The position numbers and the translations under genes are program-made. 64,000 nt of DNA from the human T2T-CHM13v2.0 reference genome, Homo sapiens, in assembly GCF_009914755.1 (NCBI RefSeq), contig NC_060941.1; one strand, 5' to 3'. Below are positions 1-13,565 of this stretch, in pieces. The notes beneath the pieces are model-generated. The model worked only from the letters and a program-made list of their open reading frames with translations. It did no database searches and had not been told where the DNA came from. Position 1 is the first letter of the stretch. Every line of letters starts with the position of its first letter.

Positions 1-148
1 GTCTTCTCTCTGTGTCTCCTAATAGTCAATGTCTCACTGCCCTGGAGGCCCCTCTGTGGCTTAGAACCTGGCATATGGTGGGAGTTCTGAGTTTGCCAGT
101 CCTGCCTTCCTTCCCTCCCTCTCCTTCGGCCCCCTTGGTCTCTTTCAG

Positions 149-316
149 CAGTGTTCTCAAGCTTTAGCAAGCATCAGAGTCACCTGGAAGGCCTGTCAAA
201 ACACACATTGCTGGGCCCCACCCCCAGGGTTTCCTATTCAGTGCAGGGGAGGAGTAGATGATTTGCAATTCTAACAATTTCCCAGATGATAATGACCCAC
301 TCTGAGAGCCACTGCT
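149..316. mobile_element. MER5A-like hAT-Charlie relic
   Basis: cagtgttctcaagc...gcatcagagtcacctgga...ctgagagccactg termini. Confidence 0.75.
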
Positions 317-323
317 TTAGAGA

Positions 324-542
324 AGGGTGTTTCAATCCAGGCACTATGGACATGCTGGGCTGGATAATTCCTTGTTGTGTGCCCTGTCCTGTGCACTGTA
401 GGATGTTGGGCAGCATCCCTGGCCTCTACCCACCAGATGCCAGTAGTAACCCTCCTCCACATGCCACAACCAGAAATGTCTCCAAACCTGGCCAGATATC
501 TCCTATGGGGGCAAAATCACCCCAACATTGAGAACCACTGCT
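324..542 (+). mobile_element. MER20-like hAT-Charlie relic
   Basis: ggcactatggacat...cagcatccctggcctctacccaccagatgccagtag...gagaaccactg. Confidence 0.8.
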
Positions 543-578
543 CTAGAACTCTTTGTCCTGGGGGTGGAGTGGACTCTG

Positions 579-816
579 TGGGGACTTGGCAAGGCCAAGT
601 TCTAAATTACTGTCCTCAAGCCAAATCAGGCCAGCCACCTGTTTTTATAAATAAGGGCTCACTGGAACACACAGCCCCACCCATTCATTGTCATCTTCTT
701 TCTGCTGCTTTCTTGCTACAAGGGTGGAACTGAGTAGTTGCGACAGAGGCCATCTGGTCTGCAAAGTCTGAGACATTCACTATCTGGCTCTTTTCAGAAA
801 AAGTCTACCGACCCCT
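579..816. mobile_element. MER58A-like hAT-Charlie relic
   Basis: gccaaatcaggcc...cctgtttttataaataag...tatctggctcttttcagaaaaagtctaccgacccct. Confidence 0.75.
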
Positions 817-2409
817 TTCAGACCCTGAAGGGGTCTGGTAGAATGTGATGTGGTAGAAGGACCGGGGCAGGTGGGCCCACCCACTCTCTTCCATCCAAAG
901 GAAGGGTAGTCCTCCAGGCTGAAGCTAAATAAAGGGCGTCTTCTATCCCCAGGAGTTTCCTATGCTGGGAAGGGGGTTGGGGGTGGCATTGGGCCCGGCA
1001 GCCTGGGGCCAGGCTGGGATTTTCCACCACTGCCTGGTTCACGGCCATGTGGTCACCTCCCTTTGACCAGACCTGGGCTCTGCTTATCTACAGGGTAAAC
1101 AAGAGCTCCGCACACAGCCCCAGGGAGAAGGAACCAAGCGGGTAGATTCTGAGGCAGAGTGGAAGTGTACATAGCATTTGGGTCTGATATGTCAAGGGGA
1201 GGACTGGGGAAGAGGGACGTTGGGCTGGTTCTTTCATTCATTTGACATTTATGGAGCATCTGCTGAACCCAAGGCACCATGTAAAAGGCACAGTGAACAA
1301 GATACTGTTCTTGTCCTCTTGGATTTTCAGAGTTTGGGGAAAACAAGCAAGGAAGGGATAATTACCCTTGGGGAAGCACAGGGGTGACACAGAGGAGGCT
1401 CTAACCCAGTCCTGCTGGTGTGGTTTGAGGGGGCTTTGAAGACAAGACATTCAATACCTATTTTTGAGTCACAAGTCTACTCTGTTCCCCTTCCTTTAAT
1501 GGGACAGCTTTTAAGCCCCCCAGATTCCTTCCTAAGTGCTCCAGCTATGTATCAGCTCAAGTCTGTGCCCTGATTGTCATACCTCCTTGAGCTAAGCCTC
1601 TGCCCCCATCAAGGAGGCCTCAGCTGGCCCCACCCCGTTTCTCTTGTCCAGAGCACGAGGAATGCATGGCAGGCTGTTTGCAGCAACTGAGTAGTCTAGC
1701 AAGGGTGCCTCTTCTGGGACATTGCTCATGCCTGTCCCCTCTGCCTGGTTACTGTCCTCCTCCTATCTCCTGGCCCATCTCAATCCAAATCCCACCTTGA
1801 CTTTTTCACATCCACACAAATGCTCCCTCATCTGTGAAGGGGGATCATAGATTGCAGTTGACTGTGGATGACAGTTGTGCGTGTGCGTGGTTTCAGAACC
1901 ATGGAGTATTCATCTCTGTACTCTTTATAGCCAAATTTAGCACCACGGTGCTTCCCTGGAAGTTCACAGTAAGGATTTTCTGAGTGAGCCAATGAATAAA
2001 CGGCATCCTAAGGACTTAAGGGAGATGGCAATGTTGTCTGGTTCTAATTCTTTACACCTGTCCAGCACCAAATAGTTGCAGGGCACTTCGAAACTTGAGC
2101 TCGTTAATCACCACCCAGAGGCACAAGGTCAACAGAGTGGGCGTTGCTTACCAATCAGGGTTTTTCACTAGTCCGGGCAATAAGCAAATGGCTTTTTTTG
2201 TTTTTGTTTGTTTTGTTTTGTTTTTTTGGTGGTAAGAAAATGGCTTTGGCTAAATTAATCAAAAAGGACAGGTATGGGAAGGGCACAGAGAAGCTCACAG
2301 ATTTGTGACCCTGACCAATGAAAGAAATTTATTTTACATTGCAACTGATTTTACAGTACACTTATTTATATAACAGAAGTAACATTTAGAAGAATCAGTA
2401 CTGACCTGA

Positions 2410-2708
2410 GGCCAAGTGTGGTGGCTTATGCCTGTAATCTAAGCACTTTGGGAGGCTGAGGCGGGAGGATTGCTTGAGCCCAGGAGTTCAAGACCAGCCT
2501 GGGCAATATGGTGAAACCCCATCTCTACAAAAAATACAAAAATTAGCTGGGTGTGATGGTGTGTACCTGTAATACCAGCTACTGGGGAGGCTGAGGTGGG
2601 AGGATCGCTTGAGCTTGGGAGGTCGAGGCTACAGTCAGCTGTGATGGTGACATTGCACAGCCTGGGTAATGGAGTGAGACCGTCTCAAAACAAACAAATA
2701 AACAAAAA
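2410..2708 (+). mobile_element. Alu (AluJ-like) inserted into a MER119-like relic (~2300-2825)
   Basis: Dimeric Alu, A-rich tail, TSD actgacctgag. Confidence 0.9.
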
Positions 2709-2876
2709 CTGACCTGAGTTTAAGTTTATATGCTGTATCACTTTTAAAACCTGATGGCCAAGGACCCAGTACACTGATTTCATGTTACCCATAGAGGGTC
2801 ACAATCTGTGTGTAAAATATTGGTTTAAAGGATAAAGCCAAACTCCTTTGGAATGGTATCAAAGGTTCCTTGGTAA

Positions 2877-3466
2877 CCCAGCCCCTACCCGCCTCCCAGC
2901 CCCTACCCGCCTCCCAGCCCCTACCCGCCTCCCAGCCCCTACCCGCCTCCCAGCCCCTACCCGCCTCCCAGACCCTACCCGCCTCCCAGCCCCTACCCGC
3001 CTCCCAGCCCCTACCCGCCTCCCAGCCCCTACCCGCCTCCCAGACCTTACCCGCCTCCCAGCCCCTACCCGCCTCCCAGACCTTACCCGCCTCCCAGACC
3101 CTACCCGCCTCCCAGCCCCTACCCGCCTCCCAGCCCCTACCCGCCTCCCAGACCTTACCCGCCTCCCAGCCCCTACCCGCCTCCCAGCCCCTACCCGCCT
3201 CCCAGCCCCTACCCGCCTCCCAGACGTTACCCGCCTCCCAGACCCTACCCGCCTCCCAGCCCCTACCCGCCTCCCAGACCTTACCCGCCTCCCAGCCCCT
3301 ACCCGCCTCCCAGCCCCTACCCGCCTCCCAGCCCCTACCCGCCTCCCAGACCTTACCCGCCTCCCAGCCCCTACCCGCCTCCCAGCCCCTACCCGCCTCC
3401 CAGCCCCTACCCGCCTCCCAGACCTTACCCGCCTCCCAGACCTTACCCGCCTCCCAGACCTTACCC
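2877..3466. repeat. Minisatellite/VNTR, 18-bp unit CCCAGCCCCTACCCGCCT, ~33 copies
   Basis: Directly visible tandem array with four unit variants (core CCCC/ACCT/ACCC/ACGT). Confidence 0.98.
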
Positions 3467-3760
3467 ATTCTTGCCGTTTCAGTTTCTTATAAGTTTCTGT
3501 TTCTTTGAATTCCTTTATGTACCCTATGCTGGGTCTCATGCTGGTGCCTTTGCTCACCCCATTCCATCTGCCCAAATTGTCCTCTTCTCCTTCACCACCA
3601 CCCCCTGCCCCCTACTTTCTTCTTCAAGACTCAGCTTATCTCCTTGGAATAGGTTAGAGCCTCCTCTGTACTCTCAGAGGACCCTGAGTCGGGAACCACC
3701 TGTCTCAGCGTCATTTATATTCCCAGACCCTGCCATAGGCCTATTGAGGTGGGGTGGTGA

Positions 3761-4090
<330 letters not shown>

Positions 4091-4269
4091 ATCTTATCCA
4101 TGTGCACATTAACATTGGAGACTTACTGGTCTAGAGTGTCAGTTCCTTCATGCTACTGGCTATACTATTTATCCACATATATGCTGTTGTAATGGCTCTC
4201 CAGCACCTCACCCCTGTCCTATTTTAGAGGAATTCCCTGTGATATCATCTTTTTTTTTTTACTTTTTAA

Positions 4270-4776
<507 letters not shown>

Positions 4777-6595
4777 TGATGGAAGACAAAACCCATTTCT
4801 CCATAGCATCTGAAAAATTCTGCTAGCCCAGTTCCCTGGCACAGGGGACATGGACATGTGGCCTTGTCTCAGTCAAGCAGTCTCACTAACCCAAGACTTT
4901 GAATCAGGAGCTGGTGACCCAAAGCAGCAGAGAAGGTGGAGAATGCTTTGGTGGTGGCATCTCCAAGGGTCCAGTTCCCAGAAGCAACTGCGGTGCAGTG
5001 AGCTGGGGACCCCGGCACTCACACGGCGGGGGAGGATGGCTGGCTCTTTGGCATGAGTTTGGCTTAGTCTCCCTATCAGCTTCCCATTCTCAGAATCTGG
5101 CTCTCCAGTGTTCGTGGCCATTTGGGGACCCAGTTGATAGCCTCTCAATTAACTACCTTTCTCCTTAAATGTACCAGAGTAGACTTTCTTTGACACTTAC
5201 AAGTATGAAAACCCCATAGATACACCAGCACCTACACATGGTAAATATTTGCTGATACAGGAGTAAGTCACCCCAAAGCTCAGGGCTGCCATTCCAGCTT
5301 TCATCTCAATCTCATTTAAGTGCACCCTTGGCCCCACCCCAAGCACCTGGCAACCCAACCCTTAACCTTGGCCGTTGGCTTTGTCATTCCAGCCAGTGAG
5401 GCCTAATGGCAGAGTCACAGCTTGTGTATCTTCTTTAGGGAGACAAACTTAATCCCGTCTGTCCTCAGGATGGCTGTGGGTAAGGGTGTGACAGGTAGGC
5501 AGGCTTGTGGAGGGGGTAGAGACCTGCTCCCACTGGAGCAGAGAAAATGGATAAATGGATTTAAGCTTTCAGTATCCCCATGTAAAACTCAGAAATGCAG
5601 CAATTAGAATGTTCTGTGGCTTTGGCTGGCTAACTAAGTGCATGCAACTGTCCTCTGGGGATAGGGATTCTTGTGGAGAAAACACATTTTCTTCTCACTG
5701 ATGATCATCTCCCACGTCTAACAGTCCCCAGCCAACCAGCTGAGATCAGTGAATAAGACTTGAAGGTGCATCAGAAAGAGAAAACCAACCAGTGCTGGGG
5801 ACACCTCTAAGGCCCCTGCATACTCACTGGCTGCCATGCTGTTTGAGGGGTGGTGAAATGATAACAGTGGCAGAACAATAACTCCATGTCAGATCTGGCA
5901 GAAAGTGAAAAGCATCCTCAAATGGAGCCATTGCAGAGAGTCCAGTCAAGGAACTCTTTTCCAGGGTGTGGACAGGATGAAGAGAAGGCAGTTAAGAGCT
6001 TTGAGGAAGCACCAGGACTGACAATAACCAGGAGCCAATCCCTACTACTTCTAGGCTCCAGGGGTGAGGAGATGGAGCTGGAACTGGAATCTGGAGAGGA
6101 TTGTTGGAGGAGAGGGCTGCCTGGCTGGGGCTGTGGCCTTGAGTGGAGAGGTACACCACTGGGACCCAGCAGGGAGGGAACGGGGAATAAATACCCCAAC
6201 CTCTTTCTCCTCCCTCCTGCCTTCAGTTTCCTGTCAGTGCTTCTTACTGGTTCCAGCCAGCTGCAAGTCCAAGGGAATGGGCACCATTGATGTGGTCCAT
6301 AAAGGCTAACCTACTGGAGCATGGAGCAGAGAGGAGTGGAGAGTGGATCAGGAGGGGCAAATAGAGAAAATCCACATAACAGCATAGAGAAGGCTTCCTA
6401 TGAGCTGTTACGAGTACAGTGTGTATGGAAACTCATGTGATTCTGGGAAGAAGCCTAGGGACTAGTATTATTCCCATTTTAAGGATTGGGGAAACTGAGG
6501 CACAGAGAAGTTAAATAAGTTACCCAAAGTAAGTGTGAGCGTAGCTGCCATTCAGACCCAGGCAATCGGGATCCAGAAAGTGTTCTTAACCACTA

Positions 6596-6800
6596 TGTTC
6601 AGCTGCCCAATAAGGTAGTCACGAGCTACATACAGCTTCTTAAATATATATCATTAACATGAAAAACAGCAAAAAATTCATCAAGTTCCATGAGCTACAT
6701 TCAAGTGCTCACTGGCTGCATGTGGTTAGTGGCTGCCCTGTGGGATAGCACAGATATAGAACATGTCCCCCTCCCAGTGAGTTCTGTTGGACAGTTCTGC
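6596..6800. mobile_element. MER3-like hAT relic
   Basis: ttcaagtgctcactggctgcatgtggttagtggctgcc...gatatagaacat. Confidence 0.6.
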
Positions 6801-6958
6801 ACCAGGCCTGGACACCTGACCTGGATCCTTTCAACCCTTGAATTCTCTGCAAAACGCACTCATCCATACTCCTATCAGTAGTTGTGGTGTTCCTGGCATG
6901 GAAGGGACGGGGGTCAGTCTGATTTGAAGATTCTTAGGACATTTCATTGACCTCCTGA

Positions 6959-7329
<371 letters not shown>

Positions 7330-8507
7330 TGAGATCGTTTTATATGGGCCATGCCTTTTCTCACATTCTAAAATTCCTTTCTTATTCTGTCCTTTCCTAT
7401 CATAATATCAAGGACATCCCATAATAAGCAAAAGCATTTCTATCAAAGGTGACAGAAAAAGTGACTGGCACATTTGGCCATCTTGTCCCCACCCCATTTT
7501 GGAGATATTTGTCTTCAGGGCTTAGGGGACACTGGCATCCTGTGATGTACAGCATCCTTCCATCAGCTCCCATGAGAAATTCTCTGTTGGGTTTAAGCAA
7601 TCCCCAAATATATCATATTGACATGAATATATCATCTCCTCAATGTCCAGCATTAGCAGACAAGATGAGTGCTGAAGATGATATAACTCCTACCTCTTAT
7701 GTAGGCTAGAGGTAAAGTCTGGCTCTGTCTGACTGTGGGGACATAGCGAAAAGGAATGTGGGTTAATATCAGATGACCTCCCCTGCAGATACAGAGATGC
7801 AGGGTCTGTACTTTCTGGGAGAGGAAGCAAAAAGTTATCTCTGAACCACTGATAAGTCAACCTCCCAGCAAAAATGAATGCTAGCTTTTATATATACATT
7901 CTCTCTCACGCACGATCCGTGTATACCTTTCCACACATATTACTATGCTGTGTATAATCCCTGTTAAGTGTCTCTGTGAACATTTTTGCATTTCATTTTA
8001 TTGCAAATAATCATCACAAATAACCTTCACTGTTGCTTTTTGTGCAAAAAACTCTGTGCACTTACTATATTATCTCAATTCTCACAACAGTAACGATAAG
8101 ATAGAAACCATCGCTATTCCTATTTCACAGAGGGAGAGAATATACTGCTTAGGGTCACACAGCCAATTTAGTGGCGGAACTAGGATGATAGCTAGATCTG
8201 TTTGACTACAAACTCATGCTCTTCCCACAATTACACTATGCTATAGCAGAGTTTTGCAAGCCCTTTTTGGCTGTGGAATGCACTCAGGGAGCTTTTCCAG
8301 AAGCCTAATAGGTGAAATAGACAGAAGTTGAGCTGGATTGGTTGAAATGCGAGTGCAAAGCTGCCAGTCTCGTGTGCTCTTGTCCCCTGGCCACCCTCCC
8401 ACCAGACATAACCACTGAAACACCTCAGGGATCCACTTGGACTCAGAAAAGGCCAGTTTGCAAAACACTGTCTACATATCCCTTTAACAGACTGCATAGG
8501 ATTTACC

Positions 8508-8798
<291 letters not shown>

Positions 8799-9489
8799 AG
8801 GATTTACCTTTATGGATGTAGCATCATTAATGCACCAGGTGGCGTCCTGCTGTGATAAGGAGTCTTGATGATACATTTTGAACACTTTCATGATATTTTT
8901 CTGATAAATTTATAGAAGTGAAATGTTTTTGTTAAAATATGTGCCCATTTTAACCCCAAACTCTCCTTTGCAAAGGTGAAACTGCATAAATTCACATCTG
9001 CAGTGCCAGATTCTGCACATTTTTCCTGCATCGGGATATTACTATTTAAAATCATTTTTTTTCCAATTGTCTATGCAGGGGTACATTGCAATTGTTTCAA
9101 TTTGCATTTTTTTGATTATTAAAAAATCAGACAAAATCTCTACTTGCTTTTCTTCTTTTACACATAACCAGTTCATACTCTTTGCATTTTATTTTTCCCC
9201 TATTAGAGCAGTGGTTTTTATTATCTGTTTGTAAAAGTTATTTATAATGTAGGATTATTAATCCTTTATATGAATGTAGACTGTCAGATATTCATATATA
9301 TCATGTGTCATATAGAATATGTCATATTGAATTTTATCTTTTATTGTGTTTTTGATTTACAGATGTTCTAATTTTTAAGACCATGGGGCCAGATAAACAC
9401 TCACCTATATCTTTTACATTTTTGATTATTTTTAAACCTTAAATATTTATTTATTTAGTTAGTTAGTTAGTTTAAAAATGAATATATTA

Positions 9490-9612
9490 CAAATAGAGAT
9501 GGGGACTCACATTGTTGCCCTGGCTGATCTCGAACCCCTGGGGCTGAAACAATCCTCCTGCCTTGGCGTCCCAAAGTGCTGGGATCACAGGTGTGAGCCA
9601 CCACACCCAGCC
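9490..9612 (-). mobile_element. FLAM/Alu left monomer within an AT-rich old L1 remnant
   Basis: cccaaagtgctgggatcacaggtgtgagccacc. Confidence 0.75.
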
Positions 9613-9664
9613 AAAGCCTTAAATTATTTAATTCATCTGAAATTCAATTTGTTATGTCATATAA

Positions 9665-10078
<414 letters not shown>

Positions 10079-10082
10079 TAGC

Positions 10083-10310
10083 ACAGTGACTCTCAACCAC
10101 CATTGCCCCTAAGTGCGTGTTGGGCAATGTGTAGGGACATTTTTGGTTGTCATAACTAGCAGTGAGGAGGGAGGGGTGTGTGTTACTGGCATCCAGTAGC
10201 TAGCTACAGGCCAGGGGTGCTGCTACATATCCTATAATGCATAGTCACCCACAACAAAGAATTATCTGGCCTAGAACATCAGTAGAGCTGAGATCAAGAA
10301 AACTTGTGTT
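10083..10310 (-). mobile_element. MER20-like relic
   Basis: gggacatttttggttgtcataac...ggggtgctgctacatatcctataatgc...aaagaattatctggcc. Confidence 0.7.
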
Positions 10311-12469
10311 AACTATTAGTGGAATCAGCAAGTCCCTTTTGCTTTTTGTGTTTTTCTCGTTGCAAACCAGATCTTCATTTGTTAAAGACAGCTTGCCCTA
10401 ATATATCAGATCCTCCTGGAAATTTATTGTCTACCACAGACAGAGTGATGCAGACAGTGCTATGAGGAATATGCAGACTCTTGGGTCAATGCTGAATAAG
10501 AAATAAAGCAAAGCAATGCAGACATAAATTACACGTTAACAGTATATGCTGTTCTTCCTTTCTTAAGGCACCTGTGCTCCCTTGACAAAGAGGAATAAAA
10601 CCTCTTCAGACTACTCTCCTATCGATTCTCTCCTGGAACATATGACCACCATCAATTATAGGCAAGAACATGAACACGGGAGTCCCAAAGACTTGGGTTC
10701 AAATGTCAGCCCCTTCACTCGCTGGCTGTAGGTGTGAGGCCCTGGGTAAGGTCCTTACCTCCCCAAGTGTCTGAGCCTGTTCCCGTATAATGTTCACTTG
10801 CCTTGAATATCATGAAATGTACATTAGACTTTGTAAGTAAACACCTAGCTGAGTATCTGGAGCATAGTAAGTGCTTATCACACATTCCATGGAGTCCCAG
10901 ACACGAGCAACTAATGCTCCTGCCGTCCGCTCAGTTTGAGAAAGGGATGAAGTGCAACCTGGATTCTCGTGGATCATTGCAATGGCAAAGCTTCTGGGAA
11001 TCCAGGAACCAAGAGAGGAGTCCAGCAGCAAACACCTGGCCGGGGCTTTATGTCAATTACTTTTTAAACGTTTACCACAAACCTATGAGAGAAGTAATTT
11101 TATTATCCTCATTTTACAGATGAGGGAGCTGAGGCACAGCAGTTACTACTTGCCCAATGTCACTGAGCTAGTAAATGGCAGAGTTTGGATTCTAGAGTCC
11201 TGCGTTTTACCACCTAGTCATGCTGCCTCACCACCCTTCTTGCCTGTGCTCCCCAGCAGCTCAGCTGAGGCGCCCTCCCCAGGCCACTCCCACCTCCAAG
11301 TTTATTCCCATAGCCCCCGTCAGTGAGGACACCAAGTCCTGCACTTTGAGCTTGAGGCCTCTGCTATGGACAGCACTGGGTGATGCTGGGGAGAAGCGGC
11401 TGAGGTTTCATCTGTGGTTTATGCTCAAAGCAGCTGCTGGGTGGGCCACCAATTGGCAGAAGTAGCTTTCTAATCAAGCACACTTTCAAAGGGTCTCATA
11501 CTTCCCAGTATCTGGGAACTGTCCCCAAGGAGCTCAGATGGCAGCCTGGCTGGCTTCATGATCTTGGGAAATGTAGTTAGCCTCTCCATGCCTTAGCTGG
11601 CCGTTGGGAGGAGATTCAATTACATGGGAAGGAATGAACCTGCACCCTGCAGGGCCTGCCTCTTAATCACCGGCTGGAATAAGCAAGCACCTAAGAAACA
11701 GGAAGGCTACCCTGGCCAGGACCTCATTAACTTAATCCTGTTGGTCTCCTCAGCTCCTGTGGGGCTATTGCAGAGGAGAAACTTCTGGAACAGAGAGCTC
11801 CTTGTCCAGGGATGCTGCATCTGGGTGAGCTGCTCCTTGGATATGGTGCAAGTGTGGCCAGGGTGTGGTGTGGAAGGAGCAGAAGTCTTCAGGACTGAAT
11901 CTGGATGGACCACTGTGACAGCTGTATACCCAGGTGGTACCAGTTTCCCTCTCTGCAGAAGTCCCCCCAACAGCACCATTCTCAGTGCCATACCTGGCCT
12001 CATCAGGGCTCTGATGCAAGACACTGTATATGCAGAATATATTATTTCATCCTCACAACAGTTCTGTATCTTCCACATTTTATAGGCTAAGGAAATAGGC
12101 TCAGGGTAGTCAAGTAGCTTTCCCAAAGGCACACAGCAGCAGAAGGGGATTTGAACCCAATTTGGGCTATCTCCAAACCCCACACTTTCGGAATAACTGT
12201 GGAGGTATCAGGATGCATCTATTATATGTCAGGGGACTGCTAGAGACTCAAAGCCCTCCCCTCCTGTCCATAGGAAAGGAGAGACCCCTTAGTACTGATT
12301 GCTTTGGTGGGGCTCTGGCACTCCGCAGTGATCACCTATAGGAAAACATGGAGTATCAGAATATTGGTCTCTCAGGAACCTGGCTTTGTGGGGTGGTTTG
12401 AGGCAGTAGTTGCCCCTTCATATGTGCACCCAGGCCCCTGCCAGACAGGTAATCACATTGCCTCCTCCT

Positions 12470-13005
12470 TGTGGCAGATTATATTTCCCAGAAAGTGCCT
12501 GCAACAATACTTCCAGTCCCATATGTGCTTCTAGAGCCGGTCACTCTCTCAGTTTAAAGGTGGAGTCTATTTCCCTTCCCCTTAAGACTGCCTCAATGGT
12601 TAGACTATGGCAAGAAAGATATCATGTGACTTCCAAGACAAATCCTAAAAGGCAACACAGCTTCCACCTGGCTCTTTCTATTTTGAGCCACTTACCTATG
12701 GAACACCAGCCACCATGTTGGAAGGAAGCCCAGGTGACATGGAGAAGCATCTGTGAGTGCTCTGGCAGGCACGCCAGCTTGAATCTCAGCCATCAGCCAG
12801 CATCAACCACCAGATGCGTGAGAGAGAGCCTTCACATGACTTCAGGCCTCAGCCTGCAAGCTGTCCCAGCTTATGCTGAGTGAGCACAGACAACCTATCC
12901 CTGCTGAGCCCTGTCCAGTCTGCAGATTTCTGAGCAAAATAAATGATGTTATTGTTTTAAGCCACTGAGTTTTGGCATAGTTTGTTATGCAGCCATAGTA
13001 ACTGG
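12470..13005 (+). mobile_element. MLT1-type MaLR solo LTR
   Basis: tgtggcagattatatttccc start; tgttttaagccactgagttttgg...gttatgcagccatagtaactg end. Confidence 0.75.
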
Positions 13006-13261
13006 AATATCCTGAATTCATTGTTTCCAGTACAGCCCATTATGCTCACACACAGGGCTGCCCACCCAGGTTGTTGCTCAGCACAGGCTCTGGGCTCACT
13101 TGGTCCAGAGCTAAGGGCTGTGTTAGCCTGAAGAGGTGCCTTTTTGTAAGTGGTCTTGCCCGGAGAGCACCATTTCCTTTTTCCTACAGGGGTACTGCAT
13201 GGGCTAGCTGCCTCCCTGCTCACAGATATTAAGATTCTAGAACATGTTTGTTGTTGTTGTT

Positions 13262-13565
13262 GCTTTGTTTTTGTTTTTAGAGCCAGGATTTTGCTTCGTT
13301 GCCCAGGCTGGAGTATGGTGGTGCTATCATAACCCACTGTAACCTCACACTGCTGGTCTCAAGTGATCCTCCTGCCCCAGTCTCTCGAGTAGCTAGGACT
13401 ACAGGGATGTACCTCCACACTTGGCTAATTTATTTTTTATTTTTTGTAGAGATGGGGTCTTGCTGTATTACCCAGGCTGGTCTTGAACTCCTGGTCTCAG
13501 GTGCTTCTCCCACCTCGGCCTCCCAAAGTGTTGGGATTACAGGTGTGAGTCACTGCACCCACCCA
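13262..13565 (-). mobile_element. Alu (AluJ-like)
   Basis: Diverged antisense Alu. Confidence 0.88.

Noticed and set aside
2877-3466. CRISPR-like array or PRDM9 13-mer array
   Set aside because: No unique spacers and the context is human. The unit does not match CCNCCNTNNCCNC in any register I checked.
2785-3575. Four ORFs of more than 200 aa
   Set aside because: All are translations of the 18-bp VNTR; no gene context.
7330-7900. Unique-looking block with short ORFs on both strands (possible lncRNA exon or pseudogene fragment)
   Set aside because: No recognisable homology or convincing splice pair by eye; needs BLAST/EST data.
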